64,000 nt of DNA. It comes from the human T2T-CHM13v2.0 reference genome, Homo sapiens. The notes under the pieces were generated by a model. That model had not been told where the DNA came from. It was given only the letters and a program-made list of their open reading frames with translations, and made no database searches. This document shows positions 28,950-44,039 of this stretch, one piece after another (position 1 is the first letter of the stretch; every line of letters begins with the position of its first letter). The DNA is taken from NCBI RefSeq assembly GCF_009914755.1, contig NC_060937.1; one strand, written 5' to 3'. Both the position numbers and the translations under genes were made by a program.

Positions 28950-30780
28950 AAACACACTGATATAAAGCCATGTAACATTTACAAAAATAAAATATATACC
29001 TGGTCACAATACATATCTTCATGAAAAAAACAAAAATTTATATTGAAATGAACAGTAAACTGAAAAGGTATTTCTTTAAGAATGTAGAAACAATCATTTT
29101 AGTCACCTAAATAAGAAAAAAATGAAAGAAAGATTGAAATTGAGGAACTAAATGTCCAACAGATATGAATGACAGTAAATATTCTTAATAAACATTTTGT
29201 TTAAGATACAAGATTATGAGAAAGATAATTTAATAATAAAATATGTTTAATAATTAAACATTGGAGCAAAATGTGGTACTGTGTAAACCAACATATCATG
29301 ATGAAGGAATATTTTTAAATATGCAAATACAAAAAATAAATTAAAAACCTCCAGATGACTTTGTTTTACCTAACCTCATGGAATTGATAGTCCATATGTT
29401 GTCACAAACACATGCCAAACAAAAGAAAAAGAGAAGAAAGCCATCCAGTGCTTTTTAGTATGATAATATTACCCTGACACTAAAATTGAAAAATTGTGAA
29501 GCCAATGATATACTATAAACCAAAATTTGTAAAAATATACATGAAAACTCTAAAAATTCGAAATTTAAAAATTTGTTAACTTTTGACATTGTATGAGACA
29601 TTATTACACATTTATTGAAGAACATGTGTAATAACTTACAGCCAACAATTTGAGGATAATAAAAATTAGGAATCTATAAAAATATCTCTCTACAATAAGA
29701 TACTAAGTGATTAAATAATATCATATTAATACATAGTTTAAAAACATTTAATAAAGGTCAATAAACCATATTATATCTGAAAATAAAATAACCAGATATC
29801 TTGCTTGTTCAATATATTAAATAACATTTTAGAGACTAACAGAAAATATTCTAATACTTTTCCTATTAAAATTAAAATCAAGATATTAATAATACTCATT
29901 GTTATTAATTTGCTCATTGCTGCTCTATGTGCTCCAGTCATTGCCAAAAAAAAAAAAAAAAGAAAGCAGAAGTAAGAAGAACATCAGATGGACACAAAAT
30001 CATTTTTTGCATATGTAGTGTTCTCAGTAAAGTGCCAAAGTATAAGGTACTGTTTTGATAATTAATTTTTTAAATTTTATAAATTTCCTCATAATAACAA
30101 AAACAATTAGAAAATTTAATGTATCAAGACCATTAGTGATCATTCAAATTACTAATAGTACATATTAAAACTAGGATTAAATGAATAAACTACTGCCTAT
30201 ATAAATATTTAGGCGAAAAAGATCAATTGCACAAAATGATTTAAATTTATATCTTATAATATCATAAATAAAAACTAAATAAAAATTGTCTCTAAGGAAA
30301 TATGACATAGATACACTGTATATTAGAAAACATGACAGAATTTTTAAAACAATCATAATTTGTGAAAGGAAATTCTAAGAAAGCTATAAAACAAAATTCA
30401 TAAGTAAAACAGTAGTAGCTTTGATCATATAGAATGTAATTTATGTCTGAAGGGGAATGACATAAAGTCTAAACACACACTTCAGATCATATTGAAACAT
30501 GACAAAGTTGAATTAACTTATAACAAGAAATGCTCCTACAAAACTTGTAAAATACGATAATCTAATCAACACATAGACAATGCAAATTAATATGCAGCTT
30601 AGCAATGATAGAAAATCAACAAATTGATAATATTTGTATGTGTATCAAATCTCTCTGTGTGTCTCTCTCTCTGTCTCTCTCTCTGGTGCTGTTTTAAATT
30701 ATGGCTACATAAAGGCAAATTAAAACAGAAAATAATCGTCCACCCATCAGCCTGGTAAATGTGAAAATAAATAAATATTA
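28950..30780 (+). mobile_element. Highly decayed L1ME ORF2 remnant
   Basis: A-rich strand with scattered L1-like motifs ('aatattaccctgacactaaaatt', 'aaaacatttaataaaggtcaa'). Confidence 0.4.
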
Positions 30781-31426
30781 TAATATTGGTTGACATACTC
30801 CTTTGCTCAACCACAGCAAAAAAGTAAGGAAAACCAACCATGGCCACGTAATCTAACATTCCACGAACCCAAAGAGAAGGGGATTAACCATTTCCCCATA
30901 CTAAGATTTTCTTCTCCAAAAGGATGACATCAAAAAAACAAGTGGGACAATATGGCTTCTTTAACATTCATGTTTATTACCAAAACAACAGAAATTGCAA
31001 CATATGTGTGATATGTAGGGTATTTTAGTATTTTTACTTTCCATAAAATCCTATTCATATAAAAGTCACTTTCTCATTGTTTTACCCTTTAATCATTTCA
31101 TGAATCCCTCCCAAGTGCTATCCCAAACTTTATTCCTATGTGTTGGAGCTTTCTAATTCTTTGTTTCTCTTCTTCTAATTGTAGATTATTTCAATGGGAC
31201 ATTAGTTTGTTTATTTATTATACCATTAACATGGGGAATATATCCTTAAAACATCTGCTAAAAGTGGTACCTTCACAATCTAATCATTATTGGATCACTC
31301 CTATTGGCTTGACTCAAAATTAAGTCCCTTTATGTTTGATTGCAAGAATATACATTTCTGCATCTTTTAACTTTTCTTTCCTTATTATTTTTCAACCCTA
31401 ACATATTACTTCAATTCATAGATTAA

Positions 31427-31765
<339 letters not shown>

Positions 31766-32096
31766 AGTTTTGTTCTTTACGAAAATAGTCTCACTGTTTG
31801 CAAACATGTAGATAATTAACAAATATGGATAATTAACAATCAAATATCAGCCATAACAAATATTCCCAGGGGCCTGAGATAACTACCTGTCATTTACCTA
31901 TCATCTTTCTGTCTGCCTGTATTCACTTATCTACATATATAAATGTAATCCAATTTGTTAATTATATATTACATTTATACGAATACAGTGTTTTCATTTT
32001 GAAAAATATAAATATTCCAAATTTCTTGACTTGTTTATTATATATAAGTTAGGAATAAGGAAATTAGGAGTTTGATGAAAATACTAGTATCTAGGA

Positions 32097-32240
32097 AATG
32101 TTATATATATATAAAACATATAACAAATGTTATATATATAACATATAACAAATGTTATATATATAACATTTTATTTGTATACAAATGTTATATATAACAT
32201 TTTAATACAAACATATATAATATATAATTATATTATAAAT
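32097..32240. repeat. Short AT-rich tandem repeat with palindromic unit
   Basis: 'aaatgttatata(ta)n..aacat' occurs four times. Confidence 0.85.
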
Positions 32241-33479
32241 ATTAAATTTAGGTTCATATCAAATAAAGTTAGCAGAATTAAACTAAATGGAATGCATTTA
32301 GATTTATATAAATTTCCTGCTTTTTAAGAAAATGTATATTCAAGGGACTAAAAACTGATGAAAATGAAATGCTAATTTTTACCCAGCATATATTCAGAAA
32401 GTGGGTACAAATGCTAAGTATTAATAACTATGATATTCTTCAATATGTAGGGAAGAATGTTTCTACATTAGTGATATTGAATCACTGATATTAAACTGAT
32501 ATTATTAAAGGAAAGAGTAGAATCCTGTAAACTCATACAGAACATTTATGCTTCCAGTTCTGCAAATCAAAGCCTTAGAGTAAAAAGAATAAATTTGGAA
32601 GCATTTGAATCAAATGATTATTTAATTTATTTCCTATTTTGTATGCTAATAGAGCATTATTTTTTATTAATTTAGATAAGATCGATGAAATAGCTGATGA
32701 TATTTATCAGCATGATAGTGATATGGAAATTTACCCAATAAGGAAATAAAATTTTGTGCAGTTTCCACTTAACATACATTTAATGTAAAATGTGTAATTG
32801 TTTATAGAATGAGAAATAATGAAAATGGATAAATCTCTTTGGCATGGTTTATATTTATATTTCTCATTTACCCAGTAAGCAACTCAGTTGCATTGAAATA
32901 TAGGGAAAAGGCCATGATAATCATGTAGTAAAATGTCTTCAGAAAAAGTAAACAGAATAATTAGAGATGTGTAAACAGAACACTAACTGTAGAATGTATT
33001 ACATGGCCGTGGAAAATCATATAAGTCAAACACTACAGGGCAAAGCAAGATAAATATGAATATGTGAGATTTAATGAGTATAATTTTAAAACTAACAATG
33101 ATAGAATGTTCTGTATTTATTTGCATATACATTTACATAAAATACATGCTCCTCAACTGAACTACATTCAGGTGAAATACTCTAACCAAAACCCTACCTT
33201 GAGAAACACCATTTCTTTTCTAATTCTATCACACAAGATATTAGATCCAAAGAAAATCTCACTGTAGTGAATGGCAAAATGCCCATTCTATCTCTATGTT
33301 ATTTTGTCTCTCTTACATAGTGTGTAAGAAAGACAAATACATATATATTCAATTATCAGTTAGCATCAGATATTTTAGGCTAAAAACAAAACATAATGAC
33401 AAATAAGCTATATCTTGCCATGTTTATTTTAGCTTCATTATTATTTTGAAATAAATTAATAATTAGCCAGATTAGTGCC

Positions 33480-35345
33480 TTGGCCATTATCAATAACGTC
33501 GGGACTACTATGAAGCAGATAGTGTCTTGGTAAGGCCTTTATTCATTGCTTTATATGCAAGGCCATGATTTCTGTTTGGGGTATCTGGGAGGCAAGAGAT
33601 TAAGTACTTCAAAAGTATTTCCTTAAAGAAGGAATTGTTGCTACCCTTGCCCAACAGATGACTAGACCGTTGGCAATGTCCAATAACATCAGTGTAAATG
33701 TGCAGATGCTGCTTAATTCTGGTGAGGGCATCCATTGCCAAGATGGCTACTCAATGTTTGGCTAATAGTGCTCACCCCGAGTCCTGTCCTTAGCTAGAGG
33801 GGTCCTGCTTAAGAGATGAAAAAGCAGAAACTATCACCTGAGCTTCATCATGTTAAATTATGGCAATGCCATCTACAAAGTATATGAACTTCCTCTGATC
33901 TTTACTCAGTTGATTTCCAATGACTCCCCAGGTGACAAGGCACTGGGCGAAGGATGACATTCCCCATACGGGGACTGGCAAGAGACTGAAGACACGGTTG
34001 TGAGATATGCCAGAGGGCCCAGTTTGGGCTCTATTCTGTAGCCATGCCTAGCATGTAAGGTACTGTTTCCATAATCCAAAGGATAAAGGGCACCTTCGTA
34101 CAGAGGTCAGAGGCTTATAAGAGACTCTGACTTCAGGGTAGCTCAGAATGTGTCCTTCAGCTGTCACTCCAAGTAAGATATAAAATGGGCCTGAGAAGGG
34201 CAATTTCTTCTATCAGAAGCAAATGGCAACTAGTGGATACTATAGTTGGACCTGAGACTCCACCATGCATGAGGAGAGGTGTCCAAAGTCTCTAAAGGAA
34301 AGACGTCTCTGGTGGCACTTATGGTAGTACTTTCTTGTATTGCAGTTTGAACAGATTTTATAGTCTTCTGCTGCAGGGGCCCCATTAAAGTTGTACCAAT
34401 TCATGAGCAACAGAAAATGAGTATAAGTTAAACTTGTCAGTGAGGAGCATGCTGCCTCTGCAACTCAAAAAGAACTAAAACGTCACACTTGTATGAATGT
34501 TGTAGGTGCAGTCAATGTCAGGGGCTGTTTCTTGACAGTGTCAGGGATGGAGCAGCCCTGGATTTTCCCAGAAATTTTTAGGAATTTAACTAGAGGGGTG
34601 TGGCCATGAATTATGTGTAGGGCAATGATCCATTAGTGTGTCAAACAATTCTCCTCAAAAGAGAAGAGGACATTAGTTGACATCATATTTGTGCTCATTG
34701 TGAAAGTTAAATGTGGTTAAGACCTTGCCTGCAAATACTATGCATGATGGCAAGGTTGTTGAAGTGTCCCATGCATAGCTGGATTAAAATATATTGTGTC
34801 CCTTTGGAGGTGAAGGAAAAATGCTACTGTTAAATTAAGCACTGAACAGAACATAGTCAAATATTTAATAGCAAAATATTTACCACTTTCTGATTAAATA
34901 AAATGAGTAATTTCAATAAAATTGAGCATCATGGTCACTGGGTAGCACCACAGTATTAAGGTTTCAGTGCTCCATTTTGAGGTGCCATTTATACTTTCTA
35001 GGTTTAATAACAGGTCAGACTGCACTGTTAAATAGAGGGAAAGTGAAGATAATCACTCTTTCTGTAAATCGGTCTTGTATAATGGATTTCAAATCTTAAA
35101 GATCTTGTTTTAATTTAAATGGGGCTATACTCAATATTTTAACTGAGAATGGAAAGGTCCATGCTTCCCATTTTGTCAAGCCAACTTGTAAGTGCCAAAG
35201 ATTTAATTTAATTTATTTCTCATATATTTAAAGTGTTCATGTCTGCTTTGGGATATGCTAGGGAAATAAGTGCTATGACCAACACAATAATTTCAATAGT
35301 CAGGTGAGGGACACATATTTTAGTTTGAGTAATTCCCCTAAAACT
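33480..35345 (-). mobile_element. ERVL-class internal pol remnant (ERV3-16A3/HERV-L-like), not coding
   Basis: Minus strand near 34760-34825 translates to about 'FTSKGTQYILIQLCMGHFNN', like the retroviral RT motif FAFT..G.QYTF..LP.GY.NS; many stops. Confidence 0.65.
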
Positions 35346-35357
35346 ATGACCCATACT

Positions 35358-35831
35358 TGTGGTGGATAGAATTGTGTCTCTCAGAAAGACACATTCAATT
35401 CCTAACTTTTTATATTTGTAAATGTGACTTCATTTGCAAATAGAGTCTTTTCAGATGTAATCAAGTTAACATGGGGTCACAGTGGATTATGATGGGCCCC
35501 AATCTAATAACTTCCGTCTTTATGAAAAGGTGAATTTGGACACGGACACATAGACAAACAGCAGAGATGGCATAGCCTTGTGAATATAGAGGCAGAGGTT
35601 AGAGTGATGCTTCTATAAGCTGAGGAACACCAAGGATTGTGGGCAACCACAAGCTAGAAGAGACAAGAAAAGATCAAAAGATCTTCCCTGGAGCCTTTAA
35701 AGATAGGGTGGCCCTGCTGACACCCTAAATTCTGACTTTAGCTTCCAGAATCATGAGAAAATTAATTTCTGTTGTTTTAAGTTATGTTGTTTGTGACAAT
35801 GTGGTTACAACAACCTCAGAAAACTAATACA
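35358..35831 (+). mobile_element. MLT1C-like MaLR LTR
   Basis: TG..CA; 'aatgtgacttcatttgcaaatagagtcttttcagatgtaatcaagtt', 'ggccctgctgacacc', 'aaactaataca'. Confidence 0.88.
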
Positions 35832-35855
35832 GTTACCTTGTTTACATTTCGTGGG

Positions 35856-36140
35856 ACGGCTTAAACAACAGAAATTTATTTCTCACAGCTCTGGAAGCTG
35901 GGAAGTCCAGGATCAAGTTGCTGGCAGATCCAGTGTCTGGTGACGACCTGCTTTGTGGTTTGTGGATAGCTTTTCTTACTGCGTCTTCATATGGTGGAGA
36001 GTACAGCGAGGCTTTAGGCTGAGAGCAATTCCTGGAGATAGACTGGCTGTGAGCTGCCAGCAGGCAATATTTCCTAGCTGTGTTACCTAACTAAGCAAAT
36101 TCTCACTTTCCTTTTTATAAAAGCACTAATCTTACCATGC
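35856..36140 (-). mobile_element. MLT1A-like LTR fragments
   Basis: 'ggcttaaacaacagaaatttatttctcacagctctggaagctgggaagtccaggatcaag'. Confidence 0.75.
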
Positions 36141-37124
36141 AGGCACCTTCCTTCCTTCTGTCTTTTTCTTTTCTATTTTTTTTAAAGTTGTTGTTGGATA
36201 TATTTTGGAATGTGAGGTTGTTTTCCATTCTATTCATATTTAAGTTTTTTCCTCCAGTGCATCTCAAATCAGCATCACCATGTTGGGGCCTCCAACATGG
36301 CAATGTTTGAATTAATCACTTGGTTCTACCACAGGGATGCTGTGTGTGTTTTTCCCTATTACCTTGATGATCAGGATGATTTTTAGCAGTAACAGCAGCA
36401 AAGGCATTTTGTAGGGTCAGAAAGCGAGCCATCTATTTTTCAGAGTGCGATCTCAGAAGGCCACATGTTAAATGTTCCTTTTCTACATGGGTGACCACTA
36501 AATGGGTTTGTATGTTGCCCATGTTATTAGTATTTCTTCTGAGTGCTCTAGAGAATAAAGACCAAAACTGATTGAGACATAAAACCAATGGACATAGGGT
36601 AAACGTTGCTCACCTGAACTTACTCTTAGTCATGGCTTTTGCTGGAATCAAGACATATGATTCGTTTTGAGATATCCAGATAGATCCAAGCTAAGAATTG
36701 CAATCCAGGGCATTTTTAGGAGTGCTTCAGTGTAGTATTTCTTTTTCTAAAAGTCAGTTATAGAAACATCTAACTTAAGTTTGTTAAATATGTAACAGAA
36801 CCTCCCTTGGATTTAACAAATGCAGCATAAAGAAACACAGCTCAAAGGGCAGGCTTGGCTGGAAGGCAGCAGCTCAAAGGGCATGCTTGCAAGCAGGCAG
36901 CAAAATCATCTAGTAAAACAAAGCAAGGAAAGAAAGACTGCTAGTGGTAATGGACATAGTATAGACATCTTACCTGCAACACCAACTGTTTTGTGATCAT
37001 CTCCCAAAGCCTAATTTTGTGTTTTTTTCTTACAATTTGATTCAAATGTCAGAATGATGATCCTGCACATCAAGAGGACATGAACAGACCTATCACTCAC
37101 ATAATGAAAATTCTGCAGACAGAA

Positions 37125-39095
37125 AATGGGACCCAACAGAATAAATCAGGATAATCTCTATATTTTAAGGTAAAATGATTGCAAATCTTAATTCTATCTG
37201 CAAACGTAATCCCCCATTTTTATATAACATAACATATTTACTGGTTGCAAGGATTAGGGCAAGAACATCTTTGGTGGCCTATTGTTCCTTCTGCCATAGT
37301 TCACCTTTTAGTCTCTCTAAATATTTGTTTATTCTACATGCAAATACATTCACCCCACCCGAAGGTCCCCAAAGAGCTCATCACATTACATTATAAAATG
37401 AATGACAAATATCTCATTAGCTCAAATATCTCAAATATTATTACGTAAATCAGATATGAATGAGGCTCTGGAAATAATCCATCTTTTGCCCAAATCCCTC
37501 TTCACCTGTGTATCTGAGAGATTAGAACACAAGTTATCTGCTCCAAAAATATAATGGTGGGACAGGTACAGGCATAGCTATAGACATTACAGTTCACAAA
37601 AAGGAGAAAACATGAGGATTAAAAAAGTCATCTAAGGCCGGGCGCGGTGGTTTACGCCTGTAATCCCAGCACTTTGGTAGGCCGAGCCGGGAGGATCACA
37701 AGGTCAGGAGATCCAGGCCAACCTGGCTAACACAGTGAAGAAACCTCGTCTCTACTAAAAATACAAATAATTAGCCAGGCGTGGTGGTGGGCGCCTGTAG
37801 TCCCAGCTACTCGGGAGGCTGAGGCAGGAGAATGGCATGAACCCAGGAGGCGGAGCTTGCAGTGAGCCGAGATCGCCACTGCACTCCAGCCTGGGCGAGA
37901 GAACCAGACTCTGTCTCAAAAAAAAAAAAAAAAAAAAAAAAAAGTCATCTATCCCAAACAATTTCAAAATCCAGCCAGGTAAACTCCATTTGCATTCAAG
38001 GTCTAGGAGTAATCCTGTATAGCCTAAGACTCTACTTTCTGGGCTCTTAGCTTCATCCTTGACTTTCTTTTTCATTAAAAGTAGCATATGTTTGCAATTG
38101 AGTAGTTTCATCAGTCTATTGCTTGTCTTGGGAACTAATATTCTTTACTGTTTTGTACTCTCTCTTCCCCCTTTTGGATTCAAGCTGGCCATGTTTCTGC
38201 CAGCAAAAAAAAAAAAATCTCAAGAATTTTATAGAACTCCTGTTTTTGTGACAGATTCACTTCATTCATCTCCTCTAAATGGAATGCTCCTCTCCAGATC
38301 TTTTCTACTTAATCCTGTATCTATTCCTGTCCTCTGTGATGACGAAAGGCGGACACGAATCAGACATCTAACTTCTTCAAAGTACCTTCAGTATAACTGA
38401 CCCCTGATCGTTTTAAGGCCATGAGCAAAAGGTTTTTCAGCCACACCCTAGGCTTTCTGTCCAGAACATACATTTGTGATCATTAGTGTACTAATTCTAA
38501 GTTCTTTTGCAATCTGGATAGGCTACAAATTATTCAAATCATTAACTTCCCTATCCTTTTGGTATAAGAGATCTCTCAATCAATCGCTTTCCTCTTGCAT
38601 TTTCATAAGCATCAAGATTAGACCATAAGAATCTTCAACATATTTCTTAGACAATAGCCTAAGATACATATCTAAGTTCATTATATACAAGTTCTGCTTT
38701 CCATATAACTGTAGCATGTAATTCAGTACAATGTTCTGCCACTATTTAATATGAGCCCCTATCCTCAGGTTTTCAATAACAAGTTCCCAATTTCTTTCTA
38801 AGCACATGCCAGCAGCAACTTTAATGTCAATATTTCTACCAAAAGTCTCTATAAACGTGTAGGTGTTCCCTAAAAGAAGATAATATATTTTATCTACCAT
38901 GCTCCTCACATCCTTCTCAGACCTCATTGGAAGAGTTGTCAACATCCATATTTCTATTCACAGTAAGTTCAAGATAATACTTTTCTACATGCTTCTTAAA
39001 ATTCTTCCAGCCTCGGACCATTGCCCAATTCCATAGGCACATGTACAGTTTTAGTTGTCCGTTATAGCAGCACCCCATTTCCAGCACTAAAATCT
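37125..39095 (-). mobile_element. MLT1 (MLT1D-like) LTR end plus MaLR internal sequence
   Basis: LTR part 'caggataatctc..atttaaggt...cttaattctatctgcaa...ctgccata' to ~37298; internal end 'ttatagcagcaccccatttccagcactaaaatc'. Confidence 0.75.
37636..37940 (+). mobile_element. AluY, full length
   Basis: Starts ggccgggcgcggtgg, long pure A tail, TSD aaaaaagtcatcta on both sides. Confidence 0.96.
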
Positions 39096-39478
39096 ATATT
39101 AATTACCTTATTTCCACGTGGAAACTTAATTTTACCTAGCCATGTAATAAACTGACTGGCTATGGGTATAAGGGAATGTATTTTACAGTATTTTTTTTTT
39201 TTACTTCTTACCATTGCTTTGTATTGTCTCTATTCCATTTATGAATATTACTAAAAGCTTTCCTATATGATTAATATTGTTAAATAAATGCTTGTATACT
39301 ATCCATTAATTTATGTGAAGTATGTGTTAACTCTAACCCAGTGTTGATTTTTTCCTTTTGTGTTTTATAATTTTAGATTGTGAACTCATTATTTAGGACC
39401 TCATCCTGGAAAAAAAAAATGTTTCTTCTCCTTCCTCTCAGATGATAGTTTTTTTTTCTTTTTTTTTGGTAGTCAATT

Positions 39479-40335
39479 TGTAAACCAAAAATAAAATTAT
39501 AAGCTCCCCAATCAACTGAATGGATCCCTCCTCTCAGCCAAGGGTATTCCAAAGCAAACCTGAAAGTCTAGCTCAGGCCATGATGGGAATGGGTAATCTG
39601 GCACACCTCATTATATCCTCCTCCTTTTAGAATTCAGGCACAACTGACCAACATTAGCATTAAGACAGAGACCTTAAGACTGACAAAGCAGACTCTTTGT
39701 AGCAATAAGAGCAACACAACAGATGTCAGGCCCTGAAAGAAATCAAAGCATTTTATTCCAAAATATATTTCTTTGATATATTTTGAAACGTCCCTATAAA
39801 GCTGTTTCTTGTGGAGAAAAACTACATTCTGTAGAGAACCCCCCTTCCCAGGTCTTTTTCCTGAACTAGGAAAAAATTAACAAAGAGTCTGGCACCTTTT
39901 TAAGTCTGATAAGAAACATTTACATTCCATTCTCTTGAAAGCCTGCTACCTGGAGGCTTCACCTGCATAAGAAGAACCCTTGTTCCTACAACCCTTTAAT
40001 ATAATGGAGAAATTCCCTTCTATTGATTCCAGGTCTATAGATAAACTCTTTCAACCAATTGCCAACCATAAAATATTTGAATTCAACTAAGACTTGGAAT
40101 ACCACCCCCAACAACCCACCCTACCTCACCTCACCCCAGCATCCAGTTTCCCATCTTTCTGGACCAAACTAATATACACCTTACATGTATCCATTGGTGT
40201 TTTATGTCTCCCTAAGGTGTGTAAAACCAAGCTGTAGTCTAACCACCTTGGGCACATGTTTTCCAGCAATGGTCACTCATATTTGTCTAAGAATAAATCT
40301 CTTTAAATATCTTACAAAGTTTGACTCTTCTTTCA
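39479..40335 (+). mobile_element. MER4-family ERV1 solo LTR (MER4D-like)
   Basis: 'tgtaaaccaaaaataaaatt.taag...ctgaatgga..cctcctctcagccaaggg', end 'aataaatctctttaaatat..tacaaagtttgactctt'. Confidence 0.88.
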
Positions 40336-41600
40336 TATGTTTTATTTTCTCTCTCTGCTGATTCTTTTATTTTCTAGCCAAACCTTACTATGAAGACTTT
40401 CAAAGATGCTGAATATTGGTAGGTGTCTTAGTTCTCACCACTGACTTCTTACTTCAAAGTCTCAATTCCTGTCCCCAGTAAGGTATTAAAATGTCAGGTT
40501 CTAGATTTCTAAAACTAACAACCTGCACCATGAAATAATCAGTGTAACCTTTTTTTCTTCAAATTTTGACCTCCAAAAATTTTAATTAATGTCTTTGTAA
40601 ATTATCTAGTCATTTAATGAAATTTTTGAAGCATTTTTAAATGCTTGTAGTAAGAGAGCTTTGAGATTACTTAATCTCACATATTTCCCTTTCTTGGAAA
40701 TTTACAGTTCCTTTTTTGACATTTAATGAGTTCTAAATAGGGAAAAGAACATTAATACTTATAGATGATGGGGATTTATCAAATGTAGTATGTATTCTTC
40801 ATATACTTTACTATATATAATTTACTTTAATCCTTGCTACCCTGTAAAATACATTGTATTAGTCTAGTTTTTAAAAAAAAAATCTGTGGCTTATTGACAT
40901 TAATTAGAAATTCTAATTTAGGTTGGCCTGATTTCCATCCATTCAGTCATTCATGCTTGGACTCATTCATCCTTTTATTTAACAATATGTGCATGGTCTA
41001 GTGGGAGAAACAGATATAAAACAAAGTAATTGAAACATAATTATCCAATTGTAGTTCTAATGATAGCTATGAAACAGATTGTAGTTTGCACTGAGAGCTT
41101 GTGGTTGATGTATGTCACCAAGGGAGACTTCCCTAAATAAGTAATATTTAAACACTGACATAAAATTTATGTAGGTATAGACTATATTAAGTTTGCTTGT
41201 ATGTATATAAGGTGTGTAAGTGGGTAATTTGATGAAAGAATATGCAGATGCTGACTTTGTCATATAAAAATATTTTTAGGTTATGACATGAAAAACTATT
41301 GATCTAATCAGAAAACCATAAGGAAAATAGGCATTATGTTATATAAGAATAAAGAATATAGTCTTGAGCCAAAACATATAGGACCTTACCTCATTGCCAT
41401 GTTGAAATCATTAAGAAGGTATTAAATACTTTTAATGTTGTGTATATATGGGAAAGGATAATATGATTTAAATTTTCTATTGGACATGCTAATCCAGAAA
41501 TTTCTGTTGTAATAGTCACATGAAATGATCATTATTAAATATTGTGGCCTTTAAAACTAGTTAGTTGGATTTCCATGCTCCCTTAAAAATTACAGACACA

Positions 41601-41843
41601 AGGCTGAGGCAGGCAGATCACCTGAGGCTGAGAGTTCAAGATCAGCCTGGCCAACATGGTGAAACCCCCTCTCTACTAAAATTACAAAAATTATCTGGGC
41701 ATGGTGGCAGGTGCCTGTACTCCCAACTACTCAGGAGGCTGAGGCAGGAGAATCACTTCAACCCAGGAGGTGTAATGAGCTGAGATTGCGCCATTGCACT
41801 CCAGCCTGGGTGACAAGAGCAAAACTCCATCTTAAAAGAAAAA
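41601..41843 (+). mobile_element. AluS (Sq/Sx-like), 5'-truncated
   Basis: 16-bp TSD aaaaattacagacaca at 41585-41600 and 41844-41859. Confidence 0.93.
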
Positions 41844-42569
41844 AAAAATTACAGACACATTCTGCATAAGTAAGGCAGATGTGGAAAAGTGATTACAACT
41901 TGAAGAGGTTAATGTTTCCAAATAAAATAGTATAGAACTATAGAAAGAAGGTATGTAAAGATTAGTGGATGAATTTTGACCAGCTATATTGAAAATTCGA
42001 GTAACATCTGTGAATAATCTAGCTTAAATGTCAAATGAAGTCTAGTTAGGTAGTTCCTACTTTTTTATTATTACTGAAAGTGCTTCAATAAAGTATTCTC
42101 ATATTAGGCTCTTTGTACATGTATGAAAGTTTCTCTAGGTTAGACACTTAGAAATGAAATTTAAATGTCACAGAGTACATGAATTTTAACTTTCTGATAT
42201 AATTAAATTCCTTCCAAAATGATGTAACCAATAAACACTCAAATAATCAATGAAGCCTCATTTTCTTAAGCAATCGGTGAAGAAAGATCAAGGGAATTAC
42301 AGTTATTTATATAGTTTTAAAAAGAGCAAAATAGGCACATGCTAGTGCCAGAGACAGACAGGTAGGATATTTCAATTTGCTTACTTCTTTTTCATCATGA
42401 TTCAAGAACATGGCAAAAACCACAGCCATATACTAGAATAAGAGAAAGAAATAGAATGTATGGGAATGTAAATTAAGCTATCAAGGCAGTCCCATACCTT
42501 TCCAATTAAGGATTCAGATTTGAATTAGCCCAAATGGGAATAAAAAGATATTTTAGGTTTTTCAAGTAT

Positions 42570-42817
42570 TATTAACAGTCACCTCTATGACAGTTATTCT
42601 ATGCAAGCCTTGTACTATGAAAATTACAAACACTTAAACAAGATCTTGTGATGTGAGTGCTATTTTTCTTCTCATTTTACAAATGAGAAAATTGAAATAT
42701 AGGTATGTTAAGGACTTTCTCAAAGTAATAGAGTTACTAAACATTGACACTGAGATTTGAGTGCTTGCAAGCAAACTAGAGAATCCTTGGTATAAAATTA
42801 CCATGTGATACTGCCTT
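42570..42817 (-). mobile_element. MIR SINE
   Basis: Core 'ctcattttacaaatgagaaaattga...gttaaggactttctcaaagt', end 'atactgcct'. Confidence 0.75.
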
Positions 42818-42941
42818 TTAGGACCAAAGACTTATTAATTACCAGACTAAAACCATTTTCACAACCAAATGTGGCCAGATAATTAAAATTTTCAGGGACT
42901 GAGAAAGAATGCACTTGAAGCTTTACAGATATAGAAAGAGG

Positions 42942-43246
<305 letters not shown>

Positions 43247-44039
43247 AGAAAGGGGGAAATACATAGGTTCATAAGACCCTACTTTAGTCTGCATTTTCTT
43301 AACCACAGTTAGACACTTATTTTGGACTAAATTTTGTCTACTCAGGATCCCCTTGGCTTGAAATTATTTTAAAGTACCTGAACCAAAGTGTTTCCTCCCA
43401 GGAGTGATGCCAGTCTGGACATACTACAGAAATGTTGGTAGGTAGAGATGCTGAAGTGGAGGCACAATTAGGATAGCTTTGTCTTTATCAAAGCTACTTC
43501 AATCAGATGTCTGCAGGAAGAAATCTCTAAGGAAATTGTAAGGAAGCACCCTGAGAGAATCAATTAGAACATGACTCAAACCCTTAAACTACTAATTACA
43601 AATCAAAACAATATTAGTCAAGTATTTATTTCCTGATCTTCCTTCTCCTACCTAGATCCCTACAGGAACTAGAGTTAGTCCAGATGGGAGGTAAGTAGAG
43701 GTAAAAACATAAAGAGGAAAATGTAAAAAAGAAGCCAATCATGCCCTCTTCTTTCACTGAAAGTTGTGTGGCTTGAAGCATGGCCAAGTTGGGAGATAAT
43801 AAATTGTTTTTATAAATAAAGTTTGAAATCTTCACTATTAGAATAAAGTGGATATTTAAAACAACAGTGTAGGAGCTATTATGTTATTTGAGAGAGACTG
43901 AAAAATTATGAGACCTACCTAAAGTTTTATCTAAGGAACCGTAAACTAGCTGCATTGAATGAATTTGAATAAACATTAAGATAAAAATATAAATGTTTTC
44001 TATTTTCATCCTATAGAGTTGCATTCTTTCAATATTATA

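Noticed and set aside
32675-32749. Coding-looking stretch DKIDEIADDIYQHDSDMEIYPIRK* after a possible splice acceptor
   Set aside because: Only 24 codons, no protein family I recognise and no partner exons; it would need tBLASTn or conservation support
36838-36902. ~32-bp tandem duplication beginning cagctcaaagggca
   Set aside because: Only two diverged copies, consistent with ordinary slippage, with no sign of function
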